Of a stretch of 64,000 nt of DNA, positions 12,143 through 24,869 are shown in pieces; position 1 is the stretch's first letter, and each line of letters starts with the position of its first letter. The DNA lies in NCBI RefSeq assembly GCF_018977255.1, contig NW_024704742.1, positions 21,020,001 through 21,084,000 of the forward strand, written 5' to 3'. Both the position numbers and the translations under genes were made by a program. This stretch comes from Callorhinchus milii. Taxonomy: Eukaryota. The notes under the pieces were generated by a model. That model worked only from the letters and a program-made list of their open reading frames with translations. It ran no database searches and was not told the origin of the DNA.

Positions 12143-13139
12143 CTGAGAAGAGAAATGGTCAGTGAGAGGACACCAAGCAAACCGAGCAGAAAGCACACTG
12201 GAAACCAATCCAGATCCCAGTCACTGGACTGCGGAGAAGCTTGAGTTGTGCTATTGATATACATGTTTATCCCTGAGTGATTTGGATTATCATGAATCTA
12301 GCTGTTTGATAGCTCTCGAGTCGCTTCCTATCCAATTGGCCACAGGTTCGAGCACCAGCCCTATCCTGAATTTCCTCTGTGCCTGCTACAAGCTGGGCGG
12401 GTTGCAACAGTTGTGTACAACACTCAAGGACAATCTGTATAGTTTTAAATGGTGAAACTCCAACAGTACCCTTACCCAGTCTGGGGTTCTCAAGCCTTGG
12501 ATCTTGTTAACCGGTACTTTCTTGGATTAGGTTAGCAACAACAACAACTTGCACTTATATAATGTTGATCAGGCTGCGGAGTGTCTCAGAGTGCTGTAAA
12601 AAGGTGATTCCAAGCATGTGTTGAACTCTCGATCTGGTTGAATATTCTTTAGCATGATGATGGGTTTCCATGTGTGGCAGACACCTGGCTGACCCAATCA
12701 CAGAAAAAAAGGAGTAGCAAGTAATGCCAATAAATCTTGATGGGGGGAGGTATAAAAGGTCAAATGGATGTGGTGTGTTCTACATTTCCTTCTATCACAG
12801 AACATAATTGTCAGAGACAACAGAAATGTGCATTGCACAGGTGCCAGCTATACAGAGGAAAAGGGTGAGCTAGTATTGAGCCCAAACCCGGGAATACAAA
12901 GTACAAATAATATGTGGGAATCTGAGACCGTGTGCAGTATGCATCATAGCAACAACATAATATAAAATGAATTACCTGACCTTAAGCTTAGAGGAAAGTG
13001 GCCCTTAATGTCCAGCCGGACTTAGTAAAGATTGACGTGCAATTGGATTACAGGAAACAAATGAGTATGTTAAAACAGAACTAAAAGCCAGAGAGGGTTT
13101 ATGGAAATGCTCAAATGCATCTCTGCTGGGTTCACAATG

Positions 13140-13612
13140 GAATGACTTTGATAATGTCCCTAGATACATGCTTGGGCTGTGCAGGTTTCAAGTTGTCTTA
13201 CTTAAGTGTATTTCACTGATGTGTATATGTGTTTGGGGGAAATCAGGGGCGGGGTAAGTCTGTCTAGAAGTATTTTCATTAAGTACGAGCTAGGAACTAA
13301 AATATACAGAATAAAAAGCTTTCCCGCTGCTTGTCCAGCTAGGACCACCTTACATGTTAGAGCTTTGGCTTGCAGGGTTAACAGGAGCTGAGTGGGATGA
13401 CTCCCTGCCCCCATGGACTGGTCGGCCTTTCCAGTTCCTGCCGATCAGCCAGGCTGGCTGTGCTGTCACCAGCAGTGCCCTGGAATACTGCGGACCCGTC
13501 TGTCTTAAGACCTGGATTTCCGAAACCGCCACAGACATTCCGTTGCTAAACATGTCACCTTGGAGCCAGTTCAGCTCCAAGAAGACCCCGCTTATCTCCC
13601 CCCACAAGGAGG
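13140..13612. repeat. Unclassified interspersed repeat; an inverted homologue lies at 40970-41290
   Basis: Shared blocks such as ttgcagggttaacaggagctgagtgggatgac and catgtcaccttggagccagttcagctccaagaa. Confidence 0.8.
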
Positions 13613-13974
13613 ATAGTCACACCCGACAAGTGTGGGTTTGAGTCCTCACAAGGTGGATGGTAGGTACCAGGAACTCCCTCCAAGCTTCCTGTTGGGTCTA
13701 TTATTCATTGTGACAAAGTGGGGTAAAGTATGTGGTGCTTCATTGCATGTTTCCTTGTGTTAATTAATGAAAGGCACACAATATGAAATGCCGCAAATGT
13801 TATCCCATACATTGGAGATCATGAGGAGCAGGTTTGTTCCAGAGGTGACTATCACTGGGGAAGTGTCACCGGAGTAGACTGTCTCCGCTCACTGATTTCT
13901 GTGATTTCAGCTGGAAGGGCTGTTGTGGCAGGTGGCTTGGGGTCAGGTGAGAGGGGAGCAGTGTGCCATGAAAC

Positions 13975-14278
13975 TATTCTCAGTGGTTAGAGCACTCGCC
14001 TTCCAAGCGAGACACCTGGGTTCAATTCCCAGCATGGCGAAACCTTGAGTAAGTTTCCTTACTCCACACGCCTAATAATAATCCCTCCAAAACAAAACAA
14101 TAATAAATTGGTCATTTTCAATCCATGACTGTTTGTGAGATACTGCTGTGCGCAATTAGTTGCCACGTTTCCCCCACAAATATACAGTTAATTCACTTTA
14201 CAGTCTATTCTGTGAAGCACTTTGAGATGTTGAGAAGACGTGAAAAGTGCTACATCAAATTCAAGGATTATATTATTC
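13975..14278 (+). mobile_element. tRNA-derived SINE, near full length
   Basis: ctcagtggttagagcactcgcc...gggttcaattccc head with family body and tail. Confidence 0.9.
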
Positions 14279-17096
14279 TTATTCTTGGAAAGTAATGCTT
14301 AGAAAGTTACTCTCTCTCACTCTTTCATTCATGCACAATCCGCAAAAACAGAGTTGTTCATCTATGAGCAAAATCTCTAAGCAATGAACAAACTAAGTGA
14401 GCGCAGCCCAGCAAAAGTCTTCAATCAGCTGATTTTAGGATCAAGAAGAAAGGGAGGGAATAAATGGCAGGTCACCGCAACACTTAAGCCACCGTTCCTC
14501 CTTTCCCAACTCCTGCTTAGAATTCTCCAGCACGAGAAAAAGGAGGAAAGAATAATCCTTGCATTTGGCACAGCACCTTTCACATTGGGAGGATGTCTCA
14601 AAGAGCTTTGGAGGATTTACTGCAATGTGTAGTGACTGTGTATTTTATAGGCAAATGCGGCAGCCAATTTGCAAACAGTAATGTCCCGCAAATAGCCATG
14701 AAGTGAATGATCAATTTACCTGGCAAATTGTCGGCAAGGACACCGAGAGAAACTCTTTTATCTACTTGAAGTGGTCAGGTTCACCTGATTCTTTCAAAAG
14801 ATCTTTATTGAATTGTCAGTCAATCATGTTCTCCCTTTCTCTCTCTGCTCAAAAACCTGATAAAGAATTGAATGGGAAACTGAAGGAAGATTCGCTACAA
14901 CTTCACAGCAGCAAGGAGAGACATATATACAAATAAAATAATAATCCTTGCACTCAATATTGTGACTTTCACATTGGAAAGATGTCTCAAGGTGCTTTAC
15001 AAGATTTAATGTGAAGTATAGCAACTGCGTATTTGTAGGTGAAAGCGACAGCCAATTTGCAAATATCAGCGTCCCACAAACAGCCATGAATATTCATTGC
15101 ATGTTAAAGTTTGCCATTTAAGATGAAAGAATTGGGGTGGGGGGAGGGATAATAATCTTCATTTTTCAATAGATTTATGGCCTTTGTCAGTGTGTGTTTA
15201 TAACATAATTTGTCCAATCCTGGTAAATTTACTGACATGTGGAGAATAATACACTCTCTGCCAATGTCAGTAAGTGAGTTTGTAAGCTTTGTTAACCCGC
15301 TTCAAAAATTAAAGGCTTGACTTGATTTGTGTTGCTAGTTATGATTCTCATTCTGTAATAATATATAATTTTTAGTATAATGTGACTTGTTACTACCATT
15401 CAAGCCTTTCCTGGGTATCATACTATAGTTGTGCTTCATACGAACATTTCTGCAATTGAAAAGTCAGAAACTAACAATAAATACAAATTTAGCACTTTGA
15501 ATAACTTCCTGATCATCTCTGTGAATGAACTTAATCGAGTGGAATATTGAAAGTCGCTATTTCCAAAAGGTCATTGTTCTTCAAAAGTAATTTTAACGTG
15601 AAGTAGGTTTTCAGTACAACTGGGGAAATCAAGCCTCTGCTGTATTCTATGGTCCCTGTGGTACATTGGAAATGCTGGTATCCTTTAAGATTCAATATTA
15701 CAAGTCATTTTAACCTTTGCTTGATGTTTATTAAGTCTTTGATGGGAAAGGAATATTGCAGGATGCATATGCATTTGTTAGCATTTGTTCACCAGTATAT
15801 TTATATTATAATAATAACTCTTGCATTTGATAAAGTGCCTTATCAGGTCATTGAGATACTTCAAAGTGTTTCACAGGATTTTACTGTGACGTGTAGTGAC
15901 TGTATTTCTAAGCAAAAGTGGCAGCCAATTTATGCACAGCCATGAAGTGAGTCACTACTTTTACTTTAGGGATTGTTGGCCAGATGGGTCAATTTATATC
16001 ACAAATTCCACTCCCTGCCCTCCCTGTTTAAGCACTCTGGGACGCTACTGTGTGTGAAGGGCACTATAGAAATGCAAGTTGTTGTTGTTCACAAAGTCAA
16101 TGCGATATTAATTGACAAATTGTATTACTGGAAACTAGTAGAGGCCTGAAGTTCCTATTCTAGGGCAGGAATCAGGTGTAGGTGGCATTTGGCAATAATA
16201 CTCTGAAACTATCAGATCAAGTCTCTCTCCACCCACCTCCGCACATATCGCCAGCTCCAGACAGCAAAATCTAGTTTTCAATTGCCTACAGTTAGCCCAT
16301 TCAGAGATCATTGCTTTGTGAGGCACCTGGTTTGAGTCAACTCACAGTTAGAGCAGACCAGCAGCATTCACACAGGGCAGCGTAGCGATGAGGAGCGACC
16401 ACATGGGGAGTCACCCAGCACAAGTGATGAAGGGCTAATGCGACAGCAATATTCTGATGGATCTGCTGCTAGCTAATGGAGATCACTTAATGGTAGCAAG
16501 ACTTTTAAAGATCTTGGAGAACTAACCGCAGCAGTTGCTCTTTAGAGCAAGAGCATTATACAGTTTATTAGCTGCACGCAACAATAACTGTCTCTGCTCC
16601 ATATAGAAATTCAGACATGTCTGAGGAAGAGGGAGATCCTGATCAACCCTGCATTATTTGAAGCAATTTAACTTTAACATAAAAGTGACATTATCCACTG
16701 AATGACTGAGCACTGTGTCACCCTTTGTATATCCAGAATTTGCATTAGAAACACCTGCATCAAAGTGAACTGCGGTCATTTAAATGAATGGCAACAACCT
16801 TTAAATATTAACCAGAAGGAAAAAAAATTTTCATATGCGTATAATATCCATATGTACACATGAATGTTACTGTCATGGAAATTCTCTCAGTTTCCAGAAA
16901 CGTCATCAAGGCTAGTCTTCTGATAGACAGACCACACGGGATACAGCCTTCAGAATAAGTGGGAAGGAATTATTCTAAAACAAACCAAACAGGTTCACCT
17001 GTGGATCGAAAGACATTTTAAAATAGCATTTGATGCTGAATGACACAGAATGCGCACATTAACACCACTGGCTCACATTAGTGGATATAGACCAAC

Positions 17097-17857
17097 CTGC
17101 AGACGTCCCCTTCATCAGGCCAATCATCTACAGTTTGAGGTTGGGTAGGGTTATCTCTCCCTTCTTTCTCTGAATTGTAAGTTGCTCTCCCCTCAGGTAT
17201 AGACAGGGCAGTGCCATTGAAACTTCTCTCACTATATTTTTTTGTCATGACTTCTTCATCTTCTACAAGGGTTGGGGTCTCGGAGTTCTTCCTTGTGAAT
17301 TTCCCTTTGCTTTTCACCTGTTTCCTTGAAGGTTTTTCTGTGTCAACAGAAGACGTCGAAGAGGACGAACAGCACGTTTTCCTCGTTTATTTTTATGGGA
17401 GACCCTTTCTCTTCCTCGGACTGCTACTGGATTCCTATCAACGGGCAGCGAGTGGTTCTCAATTGCATTACAGTCATTTTCAGAATCCACCGACAGCAGG
17501 GCTGGAAAAGATGGGACAGGCACCTGGTCCAGATCGTTGTGAGGTTTTTTCCTCCTCCTGCCCTTCCTGAAGGCCCTCATCCTCTCTGAGCTCCTTTTCC
17601 TGACTTGAGCCCAGTGATTTTCATCTGAAGATGATTCAGAATCATGCCTGCCAAATCCATTTATTTTTGTACAAAGAGACCTTGACTGCTTGTCTGGCTG
17701 CTTGTTGTGATCGTGCGATAGCTCGCATCTTTCACAGAGCTCCCTCTGCTTTCTAATTCTTCTCTTTACTTGTTTCTTACCAGAATCCCTGCTAAGATTG
17801 CTCAGGACTGTGACAGGAGTTGAGTATGTGCCGTCAGCTTCACAACAGGTAGTTGAT
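17097..17857 (-). CDS. MARCHF1: MARCHF1 large alternative (long-isoform) cassette exon, 761 nt as assembled, with an apparent 1-nt frameshift near 17377-17386
   Basis: Acceptor gcgttcag|ATCAACT and donor GTCTGCAG|gttggt. The 5' frame reads STTCCEADG...ESSSDENHWAQVRKRS... and the 3' frame reads TCCSSSSTSSVDTEK...WPDEGDVC(R). This resembles the Ser/basic-rich long insert of MARCH1/MARCH8 long isoforms, which ends in D-V-C-R. Confidence 0.75.
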
Positions 17858-18381
17858 CTGAACGCATGCAGAGATGGAAAGTGGAAAGTAGAGAAGAGAA
17901 GGTGATGGGAGAGTATGACAGACATGGCAAAAGAAATGAAAACAAATCAAATTAGTAATCGTATAAACAGCTAGCATAAACCAATGAAGTAGAAAAAACA
18001 AACGAATGAAAGGTAAATGAAGACAAGCTGAGACTGAGACTAGAGGTAAACAGACACAAGGAAGCTAAAAACAATTCAAAGTGGTGACTAACCAGGCAAT
18101 GAGAATTACTACAGGACTATTTCTAACAGGAATCGTTAATAAAGAAACCAGAAGGACATCACGCCAATGTACATCACATCACAGGAACACCATGCCAACA
18201 CACTGTACTATCAGAACGGAGTTCCCAGTGTGACGTGCGTATGGCCTTCCAGTTATCACAAGGAGTCCCCAGTCGGATTCCTTATTAAAGAACACCATTA
18301 GAAATCGCCAGACATTACATCCCAATAGTGATGTAAAAGCCTTGATAAATGAACTCTGCTGTACTTTGTAGGCTGATATAC

Positions 18382-18461
18382 CTGCAAATGTCCTGAGTAG
18401 ATGGGCTGACAGATGTACGTGACAGGCTCCTGGGAGCGTTCCCTGTTGTAGGGCTACTTGC
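18382..18461 (-). CDS. MARCHF1: MARCHF1 coding exon (80 nt, phase 0-2): ASSPTTGNAPRSLSRTSVSPSTQDIC(R), which supplies the first RING-CH Cys
   Basis: Acceptor tttttacag|GCA and donor TGCAG|gtatat. Matches MARCH1 [27 protein letters not shown]. Confidence 0.95.
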
Positions 18462-19239
18462 CTGTAAAAAAGATAGAAAGTCATCAGTATGCATTGCAAC
18501 CACATCCGCTGGATCAACTTGAACGTCTGTGTTAAGTACTTTGAACCTGTTTGAAAATCAAGAGATGTGTATGACACTTATTCACTCATTTAAAAGAAAT
18601 CCCCTGGCAGCTCAGTGTTTAAATGATGATTCTCAAAAGGTCATAGGCTAGAACTGCATTTCACTTGAACATAACTGGTTGGTTATTCAGAAATGTTTCT
18701 CAGTAGTAACCATTTTGCCCACAAAACACAGTCACTGTACTTAACCAATATATCATGTGAAGTGCTTTGGTACGTCCTTCCCATGTGAAAGGCATTGCAC
18801 CAAAAATGAGGATTATGATTATTATTATATTTTAGAGGAGGAATATCTGATAATTCCTGACTCTAGCAACTCAAATTGAATGTGAAGACATAGTGTCGTA
18901 TGTGGAGTGGTCCCTGGGACAGACCTTACTCACCCTTAAAAAATAATCCTTGCATTTGATATGGCGCCTTTCACTTTGGTAGGACATTTCAAGGATTTGC
19001 TGTAAAGTGAGCATAAACGAGGGAGAAGGGAGCAGAGAGGGATATCCAGAGAGGGGAATAAGAGGAATGGGGGCTCATGTCGATTATAAACATAGGCAAT
19101 GAACTAATTTGGCCAAATCGTCTGTTACCCTGCCATATCACTCATTGTAACTCTAGGCGCAGTGGCTGCTGTCCCACAGCAAATTGTTATCTCACAAACT
19201 AAATGAAGTGAGGAACCAATTTTATTTGAGGTATCGGAG

Positions 19240-19482
19240 GCCAACATACTGGGAGAAACTCCCTCCACTTTTCGAATAGTGCCATAGGATCTTTAACAGG
19301 CAGGTGGGACCTCCGTTTAATGTCTCATCCAAAGGGCTGCAACTCTGGCAATGCAGCACACCACCAGCACTGGATTGGAGCATCAGTCTAGACTATGTGA
19401 GTTCAAAGTCCTGACGTGGGGCTAGAACCCACACCCTTCTGACTCCGCGACGAGACTGCTACCAACTGAACTACACTGACAA
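19240..19482 (-). mobile_element. Deu-domain SINE
   Basis: Reverse strand head tgtcagtgtagttcagttggtagcagtctcgtcgcggagtcagaagg and Deu core. Confidence 0.75.
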
Positions 19483-20344
19483 TTCTAACTTGGAATAAAA
19501 GAGATGTGTCTCCTGTTTTGGCTTGTGAGATATAAACAAAATGTAGATTTAGTGAATAAAGCAACTTCTATCTTATTACCTTCTGCTGCCAGTGCTCCAA
19601 ATGAGGTTCATTCCATTGATCAAAAAGCAACGGTTATTCCAAAACTGAGATCCCGCTGTGAATTTTCTAGGTTTTAATTATTTTGCATAAACAAAAGATT
19701 TCAACACCAGCTCTGCCAATGGGGATTTTCAAAACAAGTTGAGATGTTTACCATACATTAATGCACTTAGTTCTCCTCCCATTGCCAGGATTGCTAGCCT
19801 GAAGCAAATAGATAAGAGGGCTCAACTGATATATTCAATACTGTAGCTTCTTCTAGGTTTACAGGTCAGGTCTTGGATGGAAAATGAGGAATAAACCTAA
19901 TAAGTTATACATTTCTGGTGTTCTGCCCCATGAGATTGCTCACAATACTGCCCAATGAATAAGCCGGCAAGTAAGGGAAAGCTTGTGCATAAGACTCTAA
20001 AAATGCAAATCGCTTCTGTTTTGAAAAGAATATTGGAAGAAATTTATGATAATAATATTTAGAAAATAATATCTTTTTGAATTGCATAATAAAGAATGGA
20101 TGAGTTACTGCCTAGCACAGAATTAACAAGGGTTGGGGGGGGGAATAAACATCTCTTATGCCCTCCCCTGGCTAATAATTAACTTGCCAAATCAAGAGAA
20201 TAACTTCCAATTCATTCTGTTACTATGATAACTAGTCAGAATGCCCCTCTCCCCCCACTCCAAACAAAACAAGACACTCTGGAGTGAAATGCATATTAAA
20301 ACATCATCTGCATTCAGAAATATTTTGCGGATTCCAACTTGGCT

Positions 20345-20660
20345 GTTAGCATTCATTTGATAGCATTCTCTCCTGTGAATCAGAAAGCTGTGGGTCCAAA
20401 CCCCACAACGGGACTTTGAATTCACAGTTTAGACTGACTCGCCAGTGTAATGCTGGGGTGTGTCGCCCTATAGATAAAGCGAAGGCTCATCTGCCTGTTC
20501 AGGAGGATGTTAAAGATCTTATGGCACTATTCAAAAAGAGAATGGAGTTTCCCCAAGTGTCCTACAAATATACAGTCATTATATTTACACGTAATATCCT
20601 ATGAATCACTTTGAGATGTCTGAATGACATGGTAAAGCACTATATCAAATGCAAGGATTG
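20345..20660 (+). mobile_element. Deu-domain SINE, decayed
   Basis: gaatcagaaagctgtgggtccaaacccc...gttaaagatcttatggcactattcaaaaagag, then SINE tail. Confidence 0.65.
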
Positions 20661-20974
20661 ACATGGACAATACAAACAGTAGTTTTAAGACATAAAAGAC
20701 ATCCTTCTTGAGTATCTCTTTACAAGGAATAAAATATGGAAGTGACATCCATAACACTGAGATCAGTTCAGGTATCTCTCCCTAAAACCCAATCTATAAA
20801 AGTACAAAATCGGAATATTCGGACTCTGCAAAGACCTTTTTCAGGACTACTGGTGACAGTAAATGCAGATGTCTTGGAATCCGTGCATTTTGAATCTAAG
20901 GGACTGATTGTTCCCATTGATTGCGATTGGGAGTGGAAGAACAATAGAAGTACGGAAAGCTATAGTAGAGAAGT

Positions 20975-21180
20975 CATTTGGCACCTTGCTGTTGTGCTGG
21001 CTCTTTGAAAGAACAATCCATTCAGTCTTATTTACTGGCCTTGTCCCCATACTCCTGAAATCACTCCTTTTTAGATACCTATCTAGCTCCCTCTTGAAAG
21101 CAACTATGAATCCTACATCAACCACTATATTTGGCAGGGCATTCCACATCCTAACAACTGCCCTCTGAACACCCTGAATG
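20975..21180 (-). mobile_element. CR1 LINE ORF2 C-terminal/3' fragment
   Basis: QRAVVRMWNALPNIVVDVGFIVAFKRELDRYL. Confidence 0.8.
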
Positions 21181-22929
21181 TGCAAAATGCATTAATATTA
21201 AGAGGAACTCCTGCACCTTACAAATACCACTTGACATTTATAGAGCTTGTAAAAAGCAAACAAAATTTTATATAACATGTTGATGTTTATGGAAAGATTA
21301 TGAGTGTCTCTCCAAGGAGAGAGTGCACACTACATGACCGACAAAGGTAAATTTTCATGCATTTGTGGAAGTGTTGGTTTGGTTTAGATTCTCTTTAGCA
21401 TGGCGATAGGTTTTCAGAACCTGGCTGATAAAACAAAGCACATTGGAGAGGATCCTTTCCTTTGTTCATTGGAATAGTGCTCATAGCAGTTTGCATTATT
21501 CTGATAGTGAGTAAGTTTTGCCAGCAACTTGTAAATTCTAACAAGAACTGACATAGAATAAGGCAACATTTAAACAAAAGCCTTCAATGTATCCAACTAG
21601 GCCTGAGGTACCACAATTGATTGAGTGAATACTTTTTCTGGACTGGTTTAATATGCAAAGTAATCTGGTGGTTCTTAGCATTTCATTCTTGTAACACAAC
21701 AACGACACCAACTTATACAGCACCTCTCACCTAAAAAATAACTCGCAAAGCCCTTTATATATTAAAATAAATTAGAAAAGAAATAAGTGTTGTCATTAGA
21801 CAAACGTGTGAGCCAGCCTGCGTCAGCGATAAGGTGAGTTGACAATTCTTTCAAACTTGTGGGGTTCTCAAAATTGGTTAAATTTAGATGAAGAGGAAAT
21901 ATAAGCCAGGACAAGTGGGAGAAAAAGGCCAAGGTTTTTGGTGAGCTAGTGGTGAGGATGTTAATTCACATCCAACTGGATCACAAGACAGATAAAACCC
22001 AATTTAACGAATCCATCAAAAAAAAATCTGGAAATGAATATATAGTAAACACACTTCCATCAGTTCTTCCAAATACAATGCATTCCCCCTGCATATGGAG
22101 AACCTGGACTTTGTTTCTTTCCTGGTAACAGTGTGTAACTAAGAGATTAATAGTTATCCCCACCAATTACTTGTTGTATTGCATTTTTTACAAGGTCATG
22201 TGCCACATTACCCAACTCTCTTTGAAAAGCACAAACTAACACACAGATCTGAAGTTCACAGAGTAAAGAAAGATAAGCAAGATGTAAAAATAAAAATAAC
22301 ATCAGAAACAATGTAATGGGGGGCTAAATTGTTGGGACTCATCATGGGAGTCCTTAATATAGAGGATATAGTTTTCAAGTTCAGTCACGGGAATTTCACA
22401 ATTACATCCAGGCAAGTGGAAGCTTTTTCAACTATTCTAATTCAGCAGCTTCAACGTGTCGAGGTCCATCCTCCCATCCAATTGTCCATTTAATTTATTT
22501 TTGCCCACTTGGGAGAGCAAAACTCAAGTCAATTCACCACAAGAGGGCAGCATTTTGCTGGCTTCTTTTTACTCATAAACAGGATCTGGATTTCCCAGCC
22601 TTGTTCACAAATTGGATAAAGTACCCACTACCTCCCATTGTTCAGAGTTTATTTTGCATGGGAAAAAGCCTGTCTGCCACACCACAGTTTCACTTCATGG
22701 CTGTGCAACATTACTGTAAGTAAATTAGCAGCTGCGTTCTCCAACACACAGTCACAACGCTTTACCATAAATCCTGCAAAGTGCTTTGAGGCACTTCATT
22801 GATGTGTTAAGGGGCTATATCAATTGCAAGGAATATTATTATTCGTAGCAATGTTAATTGGTATAAATACTATTTTTCAGGTATATTGCATGGCTCCATC
22901 TAAATTAACAGATTACTCTTATTTAAAGG

Positions 22930-23253
22930 TGTAATAATAATAAATAATGGTAATCCTTGCATTTGATATAGCGCTTTCCATGTCTTCTAGATGTCTCAAA
23001 ATGCTTCACACAATATACTGTAAAGTGAATTAACTGTATATTTGTGGGCAAAACGTGGCAATTGCGCACAGCAGTGTCCCACAAACAGTCGTGGATTGAA
23101 GTGACCAATTTATTATTGGTTTTTTTTCTTGAGGGATTATTATCAGGTGTGTGGAGAAAGGAAACTTGCCTAAAGGTTTCGACCTGCCGGGGATCAAACC
23201 CAGGTCTCTTGCTTGTGAGGCAAGTGCTCTAACCACTGAGCTACAGGTCTCCA
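22930..23253 (-). mobile_element. tRNA-derived SINE, full length
   Basis: Reverse strand tggagacctgtagctcagtggttagagcact... through aaatgcaaggattaccattatt. Confidence 0.9.
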
Positions 23254-24097
23254 AATAAATAATTTAAAAGAGAATTGTATACTTGAGAAAAATACTGTCT
23301 GCCAAGCTTTCTCACTGCTTGTCTAGCTAGGACCACCCTACCTGTGAGAGGTTTAGTTGCAAGGTTACCGAGATCGCCACAAAGGGCTGGTTCGAAAAAA
23401 TAGCACTGAAAGGATATGGTGAAAGAGCAAGGAATGAAACTAGAGTAGATAGTGCTAGTTAGAGAAATAAGCACCAACACAGGCGCAAAGGGCTGCACGA
23501 CCTCCTGTGCAATAAATACGAACACCTAAATAAACTGTTTACTGTATGTATACAACATTATTGTTCTGCTTTTACTGCTACACCTTGCTGTGTTTTACTC
23601 AGATATGTTAATACCACATCAGCAGGATTCAGTTGCTAAATTGGCACTTTCTTAATGTGTTGTTGAAGGCTTGCCCATTGATTTTCATGGTTTAATGAAC
23701 TCAATCATCGCTGTTTTCCTGCATGCACATAACTAAAGTACTGTATATAAGCTATTTTAAGTGTTATGAAGCTTTATTGCTGCAGGCATATTGCGGGCAT
23801 AAGGCTTCTTGGAGTAATTGGAATTTGTTTTCATTGTTTCACTTTTCATTTTGTAATTGGAGAAAAGTATTTCAGGACTTATCTTATTATTGGAGCCATA
23901 ATGTTTAACAGCATTTAATTGACGACTAAGGACATCATGTGGTAGATTAATAAGGATCTATTACCTATTTTACATAATATGCAGGAAAAGTAGAACTTTT
24001 TCTGTGCTTCAGAATCCTGCTTTATAAGATTACACTGGACTCTCTCTCATTGAACCAGTTGATCATATCAGTTTATACTAAGTCACTGAGGGATTAC

Positions 24098-24324
24098 TGG
24101 GGTAAAATTTCATGAGGGTCTAGACTTGCTCTATGAACATTTTAAAATATTCAAAATTTTGCAAATTGTTTAATACAGCCTTAAAAGAACTTAAACTGTT
24201 AAGGCTGTATTCTTAAATACAGATCTTAACATTAAGGTTGTATTTAAGAACTTGAAAAAATTCCAATTGCTCTGAATGCTATGTTAACACAGTAAATTTA
24301 GACCCAGGTGAAATTTCTACCCTG
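24098..24324. mobile_element. Palindromic MITE (GGG-starting TIR, possibly PIF/Harbinger-type) with an internal double hairpin
   Basis: ggggtaaaatttcatgagggtctagactt pairs with aaatttagacccaggtgaaatttctaccc. Confidence 0.6.
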
Positions 24325-24869
24325 AAATAGTATTTTCGTATTTCAATAAACACAAGATTACAATTGCTTATTTTGAGGACAAAAGTGACTGTAACTTTTA
24401 CAACTGCTAGATTTCCTTCTAAGTCCACTCATTGATGGCTCAGCTTGCTTGATGAAGGTTATTTGCTTTGGTCACACTCATAAAACACATTAATATTCTT
24501 GACTTCCAGGAAATCTTCCACTTCAAAAACACATTAATATAACACAAAGCTGCAAGACATTAGTCTTATGGTGTCGGACCCACTTTACACCTATAAATTG
24601 GCATATACCAATATGATTGCTTTTTGTGAAACATTTGACACCTCAAACCTATTGCTATTAGAGGTTATTTAGTGGCCATTGCAATAACACTGCAGCTGAA
24701 CAGGTTGCCCATCTCTTTCCAAAAACATAAAACATAAAGTTGAAATCTTAAGATTAAAGATAAGCAGAATGGTAAAAAATTCTGAAATTGGAAGTTGGTT
24801 CTTTCTAAGCACTGTGAAAAACTGGCTTCCAAATTAATATCCTTGAATCCAGAATCAAGGGAATCCGCT

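Noticed and set aside
12143..12264. In-frame ATG and hydrophobic segment upstream of the RING exon (ORF 11773-12264)
   Set aside because: Explained by read-through of the pyrimidine-rich acceptor region. It would also lack the first RING Cys.
16340..16480. Strong minus-strand donor (gtgagt) and plus-strand GTGATGA...CTGA boxes
   Set aside because: No frame-compatible exon was found. The C/D boxes are too close together and antisense to the host transcript.
18462..18494. Short in-frame intron extension MHTDDFLSFLQ before ASSPTTG, reminiscent of a mammalian short-isoform N-terminus ending LFLQ
   Set aside because: The similarity is what any polypyrimidine tract plus CAG would encode, and there is no independent promoter evidence.
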